From the NCBI GenBank assembly GCA_002508635.1, contig DACO01000145.1, forward strand, positions 1 to 38,437: a DNA stretch of 38,437 nt, read 5' to 3'. This DNA is from Methanolobus sp. UBA118 (lineage in GTDB: Archaea > Halobacteriota > Methanosarcinia > Methanosarcinales > Methanosarcinaceae). Every line of letters starts with the position of its first letter. Positions within the stretch are counted from its first letter, which is position 1. The position numbers and the translations under genes were made by a program. The notes under the pieces are model-generated. The model searched no databases, was not told the origin of the DNA, and worked only from the letters and a program-made list of their open reading frames with translations. Shown piece by piece: positions 19,782-29,034 of this stretch.

Positions 19782-19877
19782 TTGAAATATCTTGCATTTG
19801 CAGATTTTACTGGTAATGGGAAGGTTGATGTTTTCAGGTCTTATGGAGGGCCTAATGTCGTGGTTTTTTTAACATAG
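19782..19877 (+). pseudogene. FG-GAP/VCBS-repeat gene fragment
   Basis: Translates LKYLAFADFTGNGKVDVFRSYGGPNVVVFLT* (DFxGxGxxD motif). Confidence 0.5.
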
Positions 19878-20090
19878 AATATAGGAAACCACATACATAA
19901 CATGCGAAGGGAAGGAATATCTGTCAAATAAGTGATTATAGATTCCTGAAGTTGATTGGATCATTTTCAGACCCACTATTCATAGAGTGCATGTATGTAA
20001 TGGTACTGAAAAAACCATTTTTATATAAGCTATGGTTCTTTCTTGGATCTTCGTTTCAGAACAAGGGAGAGAGGAATAAAACTATGACCG

Positions 20091-21392
20091 CTACATATAA
20101 TTGTTCGCAAAATGAGCTGTGCTTTCCAGCTGGGAGGAGGTGAAAAGTCCAAATATCTTGTCGATAGGGCCATGAGCTCTAATATCTTCTAATTCATAGA
20201 TGAATACTGCAGAATCTCCAAAATCCATTGTTTCGCCTAACTGAGTATAGTTAGCTCCTCCATCGACAGCTTTCTTCCATGTTTCATAATCGGTTATCCC
20301 GTCATAGTCGTCTTTTGCTTCAATTGTGATTGCTATCTGGTTGTTATTGTTTGAGAAGGCAATATCAGTTATTGTTGATGCGTAATGGCTCAGATATGAA
20401 TCCATTAGCAGTTCTTTTGAATCAACATCCCATACCCTTATTTTAGATTCATCAGTAGCTGCCATGTATTTTCCGGAAGGTGAGAGTGATAAATATTTAG
20501 TTGAATCCTGGAAGCCATTAAAGAAGTATATCTCTTCACCTGATGTTGCATTCCATAAGGTTACACCCCAGTTATATGAGGGCATTCTTACCCCTTTAAT
20601 ATAGAATGTATTCGGATACGAGAATCCTCTTGTCACAAAGAAGGATCCATTTGGCGAGAATTGTATATCAGAAACATATGCTGATGTTTCAATTACTTTC
20701 GTGGCTGCTCCACTTTCTACATCGAAGAAAACAACGTCCTTATCAAAACCTGCAACCAAGAACTTTCCATCGGGAGTATATGCAATAGATGATGGCATCT
20801 GATTTTTGTAGAAGAATTGCTGTGAAGATCTTCCTGGGGATATATTCCAGATTTCTATACCGAATTGGTTCTGATCTTCTGCCAGACTTTTTTCATAAGG
20901 TATGGCATAAGTCAAATTATCCGGGGAAAAAGCAGCATCGTATATTTCTTCGCTATCAAAATAATGTGTTCTGATTATTTCCCAATCACCTACACTATAT
21001 AGTGTTACTTGTGATTCGTCATCGAATGTTTTCGCCCAGGGATCATTTATCGAACACGCTACAAGGTATTTTCCATCCTGAGAGAATTCTAGGTCACTTA
21101 TCTCATCCGATTGTTTTTTGTCTATAAGTTTCATCATTCTACTCTGGTTGAATACACCAGCAGGTTCGTAAATTGTTACACCTTCTACAATATCCCATGC
21201 TCTGATACTTCCTCCTATTGAATCACCAACGACGATATACCTATCATCTGGAGAATAATCTATTGCAGAAAAATGACGATCATATGCATATGATGTTTTT
21301 ACAGGTTGAGAGACCTCATTCGTGGTCACTAAAGTAAAAAGTAAAATTATCAAGAATATAGCAACAATAAGCGTTTTGTTCGTTTTATCCAT
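20091..21392 (-). CDS. Secreted or membrane-anchored WD40/beta-propeller protein
   Basis: N-terminal hydrophobic helix; repeats YSPDD, FSQDG, FSPDN, YTPDG, FSPNG, LSPSG with AWD/IWN/LWN/VWD. Confidence 0.88.
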   Translation of the reverse strand: MDKTNKTLIVAIFLIILLFTLVTTNEVSQPVKTSYAYDRHFSAIDYSPDDRYIVVGDSIGGSIRAWDIVEGVTIYEPAGVFNQSRMMKLIDKKQSDEISDLEFSQDGKYLVACSINDPWAKTFDDESQVTLYSVGDWEIIRTHYFDSEEIYDAAFSPDNLTYAIPYEKSLAEDQNQFGIEIWNISPGRSSQQFFYKNQMPSSIAYTPDGKFLVAGFDKDVVFFDVESGAATKVIETSAYVSDIQFSPNGSFFVTRGFSYPNTFYIKGVRMPSYNWGVTLWNATSGEEIYFFNGFQDSTKYLSLSPSGKYMAATDESKIRVWDVDSKELLMDSYLSHYASTITDIAFSNNNNQIAITIEAKDDYDGITDYETWKKAVDGGANYTQLGETMDFGDSAVFIYELEDIRAHGPIDKIFGLFTSSQLESTAHFANNYM

Positions 21393-21426
21393 TTTTAAGT
21401 CCTTTTTTATAGGTGATTCCGGTGAC

Positions 21427-21513
21427 TTATATTTGGTGTGTTATTGATAACAAGATACGAAAAGCCAATGTTAACAGTAAGATGGCAAAAACGATTATGG
21501 TAAGAGTTTTGAT
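21427..21513 (-). pseudogene. Signal-peptide remnant
   Basis: GGGGTG RBS, 5 nt, then ATC AAA ACT: IKTLTIIVFAILLLTLAF, stop after 28 codons; resembles the WD40 gene N-terminus. Confidence 0.4.
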
Positions 21514-21880
21514 GATAACACCCCTTAATTAATATGGGAGTTACATGAGAAAATATATGATGTTTTTCATAAGAGACGCCTAATCTGAATATTCATATTT
21601 TTCCTCGTTTTTTTCTGTATCCTTACCAGAAAATAATATATTATCGCACCTATGAAATTTTGTCCATATTATCCATTTGTTATTTTTTTATATTGTATGT
21701 CCTTAACTCATATAAAAAATATTATCTTCATTTTCTTTTTTGTAGTAGTTCCACCGGTATATAGAGACGACATCAATGTTTACTGTAACATTGATTCTCT
21801 AATATTTAGGTAATATCAAAACAATATTACTCTTATTTAACATAAATTCAAAGGAGAGATATAAGAAGGAATAAAAGTAC

Positions 21881-22717
21881 ATGGCCAGTGTTCATATCGT
21901 GTGTTGGAAGTGCGGAAAGAAGTTTGAATACATCCCCAATATTGTTCCAATTGTAAAAGGAGGAACAAAAAAAGCAGAGGCTGAGGAAGATATCGTCATC
22001 AGAGAGTGTCCATTCTGTAAAACAATGAATCGGTTTGAGTATGAAGAATCTTATAGTAGTGATCCCGAAGATGTCGTGATCTTAGGAAGGAATCCGTCTG
22101 GTATTGATACTGATGTTGAGTGGATTAAAAATGCCGGGAAAGAATATTTTACAAAATCACCTGATGCATTGAATGCTATAGCAAAGGATTTGGTTGCATT
22201 AAACAGTGCCTTAATAACTGCATACATAGCAGCTTTAACGTTACTTGGGCTTCCGGAGAGGGGGATTCTCTCATCGCCTGAATCGTTGATAATAATCGCT
22301 TTGCCTATCATTGCGTGGTTATTGGGTGCGGTAGGTGCTGCCGTTGCAGGGTTTACAAAAACAAAGATTAATCTTGATTCAACAGAAAGCATCAAAAAAG
22401 GACTCATGGATCTCGTTTCAAATAAAACCTATGCCATAGGATTTTCATACCTGTTTCTAGTCATTGGATTGGTCTTGGGGGCTTATGCTTTGGTTGGTCC
22501 GAGCTATGATACGACAACTCTTGATGATGTCCAGTTTATTGTTGGTAAAGATAATATAGCTGCATTTGAGAACATGTCTCTGCTTGAAAACAATCAGACA
22601 ATGATAACTGAACCAGTTACTCTGATCGATGAAAGCGAGAAGACTTATACGGTTCTCAAAAAGAATAATGAGACTGTTGTATTTAATAAAGATCAGGTAG
22701 TGGGAATCAAATATTAG
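21881..22717 (+). CDS. Hypothetical protein: N-terminal Zn ribbon plus about 3 TM helices
   Basis: CWKC...CPFC, hydrophobic segments, soluble C-terminus; AGGA RBS; T-tract after the stop. Confidence 0.8.
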   Translation: MASVHIVCWKCGKKFEYIPNIVPIVKGGTKKAEAEEDIVIRECPFCKTMNRFEYEESYSSDPEDVVILGRNPSGIDTDVEWIKNAGKEYFTKSPDALNAIAKDLVALNSALITAYIAALTLLGLPERGILSSPESLIIIALPIIAWLLGAVGAAVAGFTKTKINLDSTESIKKGLMDLVSNKTYAIGFSYLFLVIGLVLGAYALVGPSYDTTTLDDVQFIVGKDNIAAFENMSLLENNQTMITEPVTLIDESEKTYTVLKKNNETVVFNKDQVVGIKY

Positions 22718-22804
22718 ATTCCTTTTCTTTTTTAATTGAATGTTTTAATTGTTTTTATGAAGGCAGAGTGCCTTATACTCTTGTTGATAGTTATATAGGT
22801 TTTA

Positions 22805-22822
22805 TGAGCATTACATCCAACC
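22805..22822 (-). promoter_or_regulatory. 18-bp island motif, copy E
   Basis: GGTTGGATGTAATGCTCA, 7 nt, then TATATAAC; faces the 3' end of gene 21881..22717. Confidence 0.6.
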
Positions 22823-23044
22823 GATTCACAAAATGTTAGTTACATGGAAGAAATTTGTAAGATTGCTCACTGTTGCCAGGATCCCGATGCATGCCACAGA
22901 ATACCTTGTGATGTATTATTACTAAAATTATTGTGGATGAGGAGAAGCAAATGTGTCAGAAGGTAGAATCTGATTGCATATAATGTCACCTGCTTCTCCT
23001 CAAGAATAGCAAATAATGATAATTCTTTATGATATTAAAGGATA

Positions 23045-23062
23045 TGACCTTATCATCAAACT
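23045..23062 (-). promoter_or_regulatory. 18-bp island motif, copy F
   Basis: AGTTTGATGATAAGGTCA, 5 nt, then TTTAATAT; followed by an AGGTGA RBS and an ATG that stops after 7 codons. Confidence 0.6.
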
Positions 23063-23118
23063 GTTTCTATTGCTATCTAAAAAGAAAAGGTAAACGAAAA
23101 ATCTATCCATTACGTCTA

Positions 23119-23289
23119 TTTATCTCAATCCCCAGATACAAAAAGAAAATAGAAGGAAAACTCACTTTCTACTTCTAACCACGCAGAAAGCTCCCATTAT
23201 CACAAGAATGAGATACATGGGACTAAATGAAGACAAATAATTCCCCCTACTACCTCCCTGATACGTGTTATTATAAATATTGTTCTCTT
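23119..23289 (+). repeat. About 170-bp direct repeat, copy 2
   Basis: Contains an orphan tail LSQSPDTKRK* matching LSQFPDAKRK* of 18970..19641, plus the real 3' end of the NosD gene. Confidence 0.92.
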
Positions 23290-24718
23290 CTTCCCCAACG
23301 AAGCACTCATCATTATCAGAGAATGAATTATCAAAAACAGAATTATTGATGCTTGATTCTTTGAACCTAATACCAACATTACCTAGCCTCATGCTATTGT
23401 TCATGATTGAATTATCAGAGGACTGCTGCAAAAACATACTAAATCCCATGTTATCAAAAAACTCATTGTCATCAATCTCATTCTGATCTGAAAGATAGAA
23501 GGAAATTCCGCAATCATTGTGATAGATCTCGTTATTTATTATTAGATTATTATCTGAAAAGCCCAGCATAATTCCAGTTGAACTACCTTTGATCCAATTA
23601 TTCCTCACTTCACAACCAAAGGTCCCACCGATGTAAATACCATCATCATTGTCCAGTATCTCATTGTCTTCTATCAAACATCCTCTGGAATCATCAAGAT
23701 ATATTCCAATAGAGTTATTTTGAATTACATTGTTCGAAATTATACTATCAGAGACTCCATCAAAATATATGCCTCTGTCATTATGTGTACAACTTAGATT
23801 ATACAGGTTTACTCCATTTGCATTATAGAAGCTTATACCACGCAAATTATTAGAAACTGAAATATCTCTTACAGTTACATTGACACAATTGTAACAATAC
23901 ACAACCCCAGCCCCTGAAGATGAATCGATAATGACATCAAAAACATTGTTCAAATAAAGTATTTTCTTCCCATTAACCCGATTACTCAGATCGACCTTAT
24001 TCAATCCCGATTCATCTCCAAAGTTGAATTTATTATCGAACATTCTATTAGCAGACAAATTATTATTGAAACTGTCATCTCTCAATATAATTCCAGACTC
24101 AGAACAACCACCAACTGAATTATTTCCCAGGAAGTTGTTATAAGAAGAATCAAGACAGATTCCATCCATTTGATTTATGATTGTATTGTTCTCGATCTGA
24201 TTATTACTGGATTCCACTAAAAAGAAACCATATCCCCGATTCTCATCTAAAAAATTGTCACTGATCATGTTCCTATAAGAACCCTCTATAAAGATTCCCC
24301 ATCGGCAATCAGATACAAAATTATTGCTCAGATTACAACCATTTGAACCATTGAGCCAGATACCATAACCTTCGTTATTGATTCCATGCAGGGAAAAACC
24401 AGCAATTGTTACGTTATCAGCCTGTACTGAAAAGATACTGCTATCAGGATCTTTGATACGAACAACTACGTCTTCTGTCCTTGAAGAATTCGAAATAAGA
24501 ACCAACTCTTTAGTTATTATTATATTCTCAATGTATTGTCCCTTAGTAACAACAATACTATCACCGGGAGCAGCACTATCAACTGCTTCCTGAATTGAGG
24601 AAAAATCTCCATTCCCTTCACTATTAACAATAAGAACACTAGCATCAACTGTGCATGATAATAGCAAAAACAAAAATCCAAATAAACAGCATTTTCTCAA
24701 CATTGTAACATCCAACAT
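23162..24718 (-). CDS. NosD/CASH right-handed beta-helix surface protein with C-terminal sorting-like anchor
   Basis: Signal peptide, GDFSSIQEAVD, GIxLxxSxNNxIxNN repeats, tail SSF-hydrophobic-RSRK (PGF-CTERM-like tripartite layout). Confidence 0.88.
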   Translation of the reverse strand: MLDVTMLRKCCLFGFLFLLLSCTVDASVLIVNSEGNGDFSSIQEAVDSAAPGDSIVVTKGQYIENIIITKELVLISNSSRTEDVVVRIKDPDSSIFSVQADNVTIAGFSLHGINNEGYGIWLNGSNGCNLSNNFVSDCRWGIFIEGSYRNMISDNFLDENRGYGFFLVESSNNQIENNTIINQMDGICLDSSYNNFLGNNSVGGCSESGIILRDDSFNNNLSANRMFDNKFNFGDESGLNKVDLSNRVNGKKILYLNNVFDVIIDSSSGAGVVYCYNCVNVTVRDISVSNNLRGISFYNANGVNLYNLSCTHNDRGIYFDGVSDSIISNNVIQNNSIGIYLDDSRGCLIEDNEILDNDDGIYIGGTFGCEVRNNWIKGSSTGIMLGFSDNNLIINNEIYHNDCGISFYLSDQNEIDDNEFFDNMGFSMFLQQSSDNSIMNNSMRLGNVGIRFKESSINNSVFDNSFSDNDECFVGEEENNIYNNTYQGGSRGNYLSSFSPMYLILVIMGAFCVVRSRK

Positions 24719-24839
24719 TATTGAGAATAAGATTACTTATAGTTTAAGATGTAAATGGACCTGGTTCAAGGATGAGAGATATGAGACTGGTTTATAAGAT
24801 TGTTCCAGTATTTTTGTATTAAAATCGGAAGGATACTGA

Positions 24840-25390
24840 ATGAAAAAAATAAATATTAAACAAATTGGCTTCCCCCATATTTCAATTTAATATCCCTTGT
24901 CTTTTTGTTGTTCTATATGGCTTTACATCTGTTTCTGGCAGAAAGTGGCATACAATATGTTCAATCCAGTGGAGGAGGGCTATTATATGAAAACTTTGAT
25001 TTTTTCGGTTTCCACATAATTGATATTAATGGCAATAAGTCCGGCAGTCTGATATCTCCTTCAATTGTAATGGTGATATTGTTATTTTTGAACGTTGTTT
25101 TTTTATTCAGAAGTAAATTTTCAAACAAGATAGCTGTAAATGTCTTTCTTCCGACTTTGATGTTGGTTTCTTATCACATGTTCTTGAGTGAGCTCAATTC
25201 AAAACTAGAAATGTCTGTTGTATCAGATTCATTTTGGCTTAGTGAGTTAAACATGTATGGATACCAGTTTTTTGACAGTATTGAGAGAATATCTGTTAGT
25301 TGATATAATTATTCTGTATTTTTTATTCTGTTCGCAATTATCTATAATGCTTCAAAATTAATTATTCGAAGTTTTGAAGTGCAAACATAA
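24840..25390 (+). pseudogene. Disrupted membrane protein gene (frameshift plus internal TGA)
   Basis: The ATG at 24840 (MKKINIK) joins ORF 24905..25303 if one A is added at 24858-24860; after TGA 25301-25303 the frame continues YNYSVFFILFAIIYNASK...* to 25390. Confidence 0.6.
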
Positions 25391-25398
25391 AGGGATTT

Positions 25399-25926
25399 TC
25401 ATAAGTTGAAAGGAATTTCTTCTGAAGATGCTTTCTGGAATCTCTGAACCTTATTTTGATAATCGGTTTGATTCTCAATTAAAAGATCACCGTAACCGGA
25501 AGGGAAAGTATATCCTCTTTCTTCATTTCCTTTGGTGACAAAAAGATAGGTTTCTCCCGGCTGGAGCAGTTCATCCCCTTCTCCAAGGGACAGATACTTC
25601 CAAACAAACACGGTCTCGTAGCCGCCAAACTGGTTTACGATGACATTTCCAGTAGCATTACCTTTTATCGTTTCCATGACCTCTACACTGAAATGGGTTT
25701 GCAGATATGGTTCTGTTGACGTGCCAACCTCTTCGATCACCTTACCAATAAATACATCACTGGCAAACCCGACCAATTCTCTATCATCGGAAACATTGAT
25801 AGCATAATCTATATGTGCGATTCCTCGTTCAGCGTCAAAGTAGTTTACCTGAACAAAATAAAAAGCCGTTCCCAGAAGTCCTGCAACAATTAAGAAGACT
25901 AAAAAAGTATTCAATTTGTTTGCCAT
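25399..25926 (-). CDS. Membrane-anchored extracytoplasmic protein
   Basis: One TM, then ELVGFASDVFIGKVI...VMETIKG...QFGG...LQPGETYLF; start at 25926 (ATG) or 25947. Confidence 0.78.
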   Translation of the reverse strand: MANKLNTFLVFLIVAGLLGTAFYFVQVNYFDAERGIAHIDYAINVSDDRELVGFASDVFIGKVIEEVGTSTEPYLQTHFSVEVMETIKGNATGNVIVNQFGGYETVFVWKYLSLGEGDELLQPGETYLFVTKGNEERGYTFPSGYGDLLIENQTDYQNKVQRFQKASSEEIPFNL

Positions 25927-25958
25927 GTGTCTTTTTTCAAATTGCAAATATACATATA

Positions 25959-26102
25959 CTATTCAATAGCAGGTTCTAGTTCTAATGCTTCATCCGGATA
26001 TTCGTTGATTTCAATGAACAGGAACTCTAAACTCAAATCTTCAGGGTATTCTCCTGTAATTTGTCTCTTTGTTATATTGTTGTCCAAGGTTATTTCGTAC
26101 AT
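25959..26102 (-). pseudogene. C-terminal remnant related to gene 28538..28936
   Basis: MYEITLDNNITKRQITGEYPEDLSLEFLFIEINE aligns by eye with ATLDDNSTVSQEIAYHPWNEMSIDIND. Confidence 0.45.
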
Positions 26103-26111
26103 ATAGTGTCT

Positions 26112-27770
26112 TTATCTCAAGTCGATATCTCCTCTAAGCCCTCCAAGCAATTCCCATTTTACTTCTCCATAAGAAGGATGTGGATATGGTAGTTCTCTTT
26201 TCAGCATGACCTCGACCAAAGCTTTATAGTTGTTTCCGGATTTCATATCAAGCGTATATTCATAATTATTGGATTCTAGATAATCCAGAACAACTTGTTC
26301 TTCATGCACCAATTTCATATTTCCACCACTTGAATTCATTCCGTCATCAAGCTTGGCTGTTTCTATCTGGACAAAGACCGGCAGGGTATCCGTCATTTCA
26401 CCATGTTGATCACTATGAGAAAAAGCATCTTTGTAGAGGTAATTCAGTTTCATTGAAATCATTACTCTTGAATATGTTTCGTTTATGGGAGTGGCGTTGG
26501 CTTCTAAATTCTCAACATAAACATTGTTTCCAGGCATATCTGCTTCGAATGGGAAGTACCAGATAATTGTCAGAATAAGGACTAAGATAGCAAGTACTAT
26601 CAATCCAGCAATACCTTTCTTCAACCAGGATAGGCCGAAGTAAAAAGCAATTATGGTTAGTACTATCAGAGTGATGATAAAAATGAGGATTTTTTGGAAT
26701 GGGCTGAAGTTTATGTTTTCAGAAGTATTGTCTGCAAATGAATTGTCTTCAATGGTATTTTTGTCGTCTGGATATCGATGATAAATCCCATATTCCTCAT
26801 TTGACCGAAACTTGTTATTTTTAATGATATTGTTGTCAGTGCTTTCTATTATGATTCCGTTCAGGTTGTTGTAGAAAGTGTTTTGTTCGAATATGTTATT
26901 TGAGCTCAGGGAAATTAAGCGTATTCCAGAGTCCTCATTTTCTGCAAAATGATTTTCTTTTACTGAATTCGAGTTTGATTGCCATAAATGAAGACCATAT
27001 TGCTTGTTCTCATTGAGATTGTTGCCAAATATTGTGTTTTTATCTGATGATGTCAATGCCAAACCGATATTATTGAGGATTAGTTCATTCTCTGTAATTG
27101 TGCTGGAAGAAGATTCCCTAAGGGCCATTCCATACATCTGATTATTGCTGATGTTATTATATTCAATGATTATCTGATCCGCTTCATCCACATAAAAACC
27201 ACGTTTGTTATCATGAATATTATTATTTTTCAGGCTGCTCAGTGTGGAATCAAGTAGATAAATCCCATGTTCAGTATTTGAGAGAATACTGTTATTTTGA
27301 ATATTGTTTCCAGAGGAATACCTGATATAAAGGCCATCTTGGGTGTTGCTAATGACGTTGTTTTGTATCCGTAAATTGTCTGCATTGTCTATTAGAATCC
27401 CGGCTGTGGGATGTGTATCATTTTGTCCTGTTATAGTTATGCCATCTATTTTTACATCATCCGAACGGATGTGAATTATAGGTGATGAAGAATCGTTGGA
27501 TTCAAGAATTACGTCCTTGGGATCAAGGGTAACAGAATATAGACCCACAGGTTTATCGATGGTAAGACTTTCAGTGTAGATTCCCTTACTGATGATTATG
27601 GAATCGTGTTCCTGAGCATGGTTGATTGCATCCTGTATTGAGGAAAAGGCATAACTGGTGTTGTTACTGTGCATGTCTACTGTGAATGTAGATGCAGAAG
27701 CACCACTTATGGTGAAAAGTAAAAGCATTAAGATAATGAGATTTACAGGCTTCATGTGTTTTTTGATCAT
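26112..27770 (-). CDS. NosD beta-helix protein with internal TM hairpin and extra C-terminal domain
   Basis: Signal peptide, FSSIQDAIN, many GIxL..S..N.I..N repeats, two TM helices near aa 360-405. Confidence 0.88.
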   Translation of the reverse strand: MIKKHMKPVNLIILMLLLFTISGASASTFTVDMHSNNTSYAFSSIQDAINHAQEHDSIIISKGIYTESLTIDKPVGLYSVTLDPKDVILESNDSSSPIIHIRSDDVKIDGITITGQNDTHPTAGILIDNADNLRIQNNVISNTQDGLYIRYSSGNNIQNNSILSNTEHGIYLLDSTLSSLKNNNIHDNKRGFYVDEADQIIIEYNNISNNQMYGMALRESSSSTITENELILNNIGLALTSSDKNTIFGNNLNENKQYGLHLWQSNSNSVKENHFAENEDSGIRLISLSSNNIFEQNTFYNNLNGIIIESTDNNIIKNNKFRSNEEYGIYHRYPDDKNTIEDNSFADNTSENINFSPFQKILIFIITLIVLTIIAFYFGLSWLKKGIAGLIVLAILVLILTIIWYFPFEADMPGNNVYVENLEANATPINETYSRVMISMKLNYLYKDAFSHSDQHGEMTDTLPVFVQIETAKLDDGMNSSGGNMKLVHEEQVVLDYLESNNYEYTLDMKSGNNYKALVEVMLKRELPYPHPSYGEVKWELLGGLRGDIDLR

Positions 27771-27774
27771 TGTG

Positions 27775-28515
27775 TCATTGATCCCGATATGTACCTTCCC
27801 CGGTTACAAGTTCACCTTCTCCTGCTATCCAACCATTTTGAGGTCCTGATAATTCTATTCTAATATAGTCTCTGTAATTGTTAGATGGCCATCCTGCAGC
27901 TTCTGCCCATTCATTAGTTCCACCCATATGAACGTCCATGGTGACAGTAGTATTCGGAGAAGTATCATAGTAGGCATATACCCTACCTTCATACCTGTAT
28001 GCATCAGCATCCCTTTGACTTGTGGTTTTACCTAGATAAGTGAGATTATACTTTGGTGCCAGAAGTGGCTCGTTGTTAATCGGGTCTCTAGTATCTATTG
28101 TATGTTCAGGGGATACTCCTGTACTAAACGAGAGAGGCATTGGATAGGTATCTGGGCCTTCTCCTCTGAGAACTAAGTGTGGCTCAAAATGATCAGTTTT
28201 CAGTGAAAGCATCAGTCCGTGTTCTGTTTCCACAAGTGCAGTTTTCCATTCGGAACGGGGGCCTCTATAACTGTTGTTCACGATTTTTTGTCCCACACAA
28301 GATGTATTGTTCATTGTTGGGAGTGGAACATAGAGAGTTACGTTGTTCAGAGGTGAGTATATATACAAAATAGCATCATAATCATAATGGCTCATGTAAT
28401 TTCTTTCATACATTTCCTGCTCCTGTCCTTGCCACCAAAAAGAAAGCAGGCCAACAGAAATAATCAACAACATTATGAAGCCAATTCCTAGTTTGTAAAG
28501 AGTCCTCATATTCAC
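27775..28515 (-). CDS. Membrane-anchored hypothetical protein
   Basis: 246 aa, N-terminal TM, NVTLYVPLP; 4 nt from the next gene (operon). Confidence 0.8.
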   Translation of the reverse strand: MNMRTLYKLGIGFIMLLIISVGLLSFWWQGQEQEMYERNYMSHYDYDAILYIYSPLNNVTLYVPLPTMNNTSCVGQKIVNNSYRGPRSEWKTALVETEHGLMLSLKTDHFEPHLVLRGEGPDTYPMPLSFSTGVSPEHTIDTRDPINNEPLLAPKYNLTYLGKTTSQRDADAYRYEGRVYAYYDTSPNTTVTMDVHMGGTNEWAEAAGWPSNNYRDYIRIELSGPQNGWIAGEGELVTGEGTYRDQ

Positions 28516-28537
28516 AATCCTGATATCAGAGTATAAT

Positions 28538-28936
28538 TCAAACTGTTATCTCACCTATTGATAACTCATTGTCATTGATATCAATCGACATTTCGTTCCA
28601 CGGATGATAGGCAATCTCCTGGGAGACAGTACTATTATCGTCAAGTGTTGCCACTACAAGATATCCACTTTCAGTTCCTTTAAACAATGTCCTGAAAACC
28701 ATTAAAAGTGGCTTTTTTTCTGTAATTCTTTCATCGGATTCGACAACGTACTGTTCCTTGAGCATGGATTGATTAGTAGGGCCAAATATCTCAACTGTCA
28801 CCTCATGAGTTGTAACATCCTGATTCCAAATGCTAAATAACGGAGTTGGTGATCCGACAAAAATGAAAGGGAAGACTACAAAGAAAAATACTAGCACTAT
28901 CACAAGGCCGATGATTATTTTGTGATAAGTTTTGAT
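28538..28936 (-). CDS. Membrane-anchored hypothetical protein (possible ATC start)
   Basis: ORF 28538..28903 extends in frame to an ATC at 28936, 5 nt after GGAGGTG, giving xKTYHKIIIGLVIVLVFFF. Confidence 0.7.
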   Translation of the reverse strand: MKTYHKIIIGLVIVLVFFFVVFPFIFVGSPTPLFSIWNQDVTTHEVTVEIFGPTNQSMLKEQYVVESDERITEKKPLLMVFRTLFKGTESGYLVVATLDDNSTVSQEIAYHPWNEMSIDINDNELSIGEITV

Positions 28937-29034
28937 ACTGCCACCTCCTAACTTATGCTAATTTATTGTGGTAAACATATGATACTTGTATATGTTCGTT
29001 ATTTTAAGTAAGCTTATTCATTCATATAGGACGA

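Noticed and set aside
21661-21678. Possible tenth motif copy AAATGGATAATATGGACA (minus strand) upstream of the WD40 gene
   Set aside because: It lacks the AGTT end and has no TATA box at the usual spacing; left uncounted pending a PWM scan.
707-22717. Pyrrolysine read-through at TAG stops (e.g. 709, 7897, 9671, 15683, 18559, 22717)
   Set aside because: The recognisable proteins look complete at the TAG, and the downstream frames I read (709, 7897) are short and not domain-like.
25301-25303. Selenocysteine at the in-frame TGA
   Set aside because: There is no redox motif, the gene also has a frameshift, and Methanosarcinaceae are not known to use Sec.
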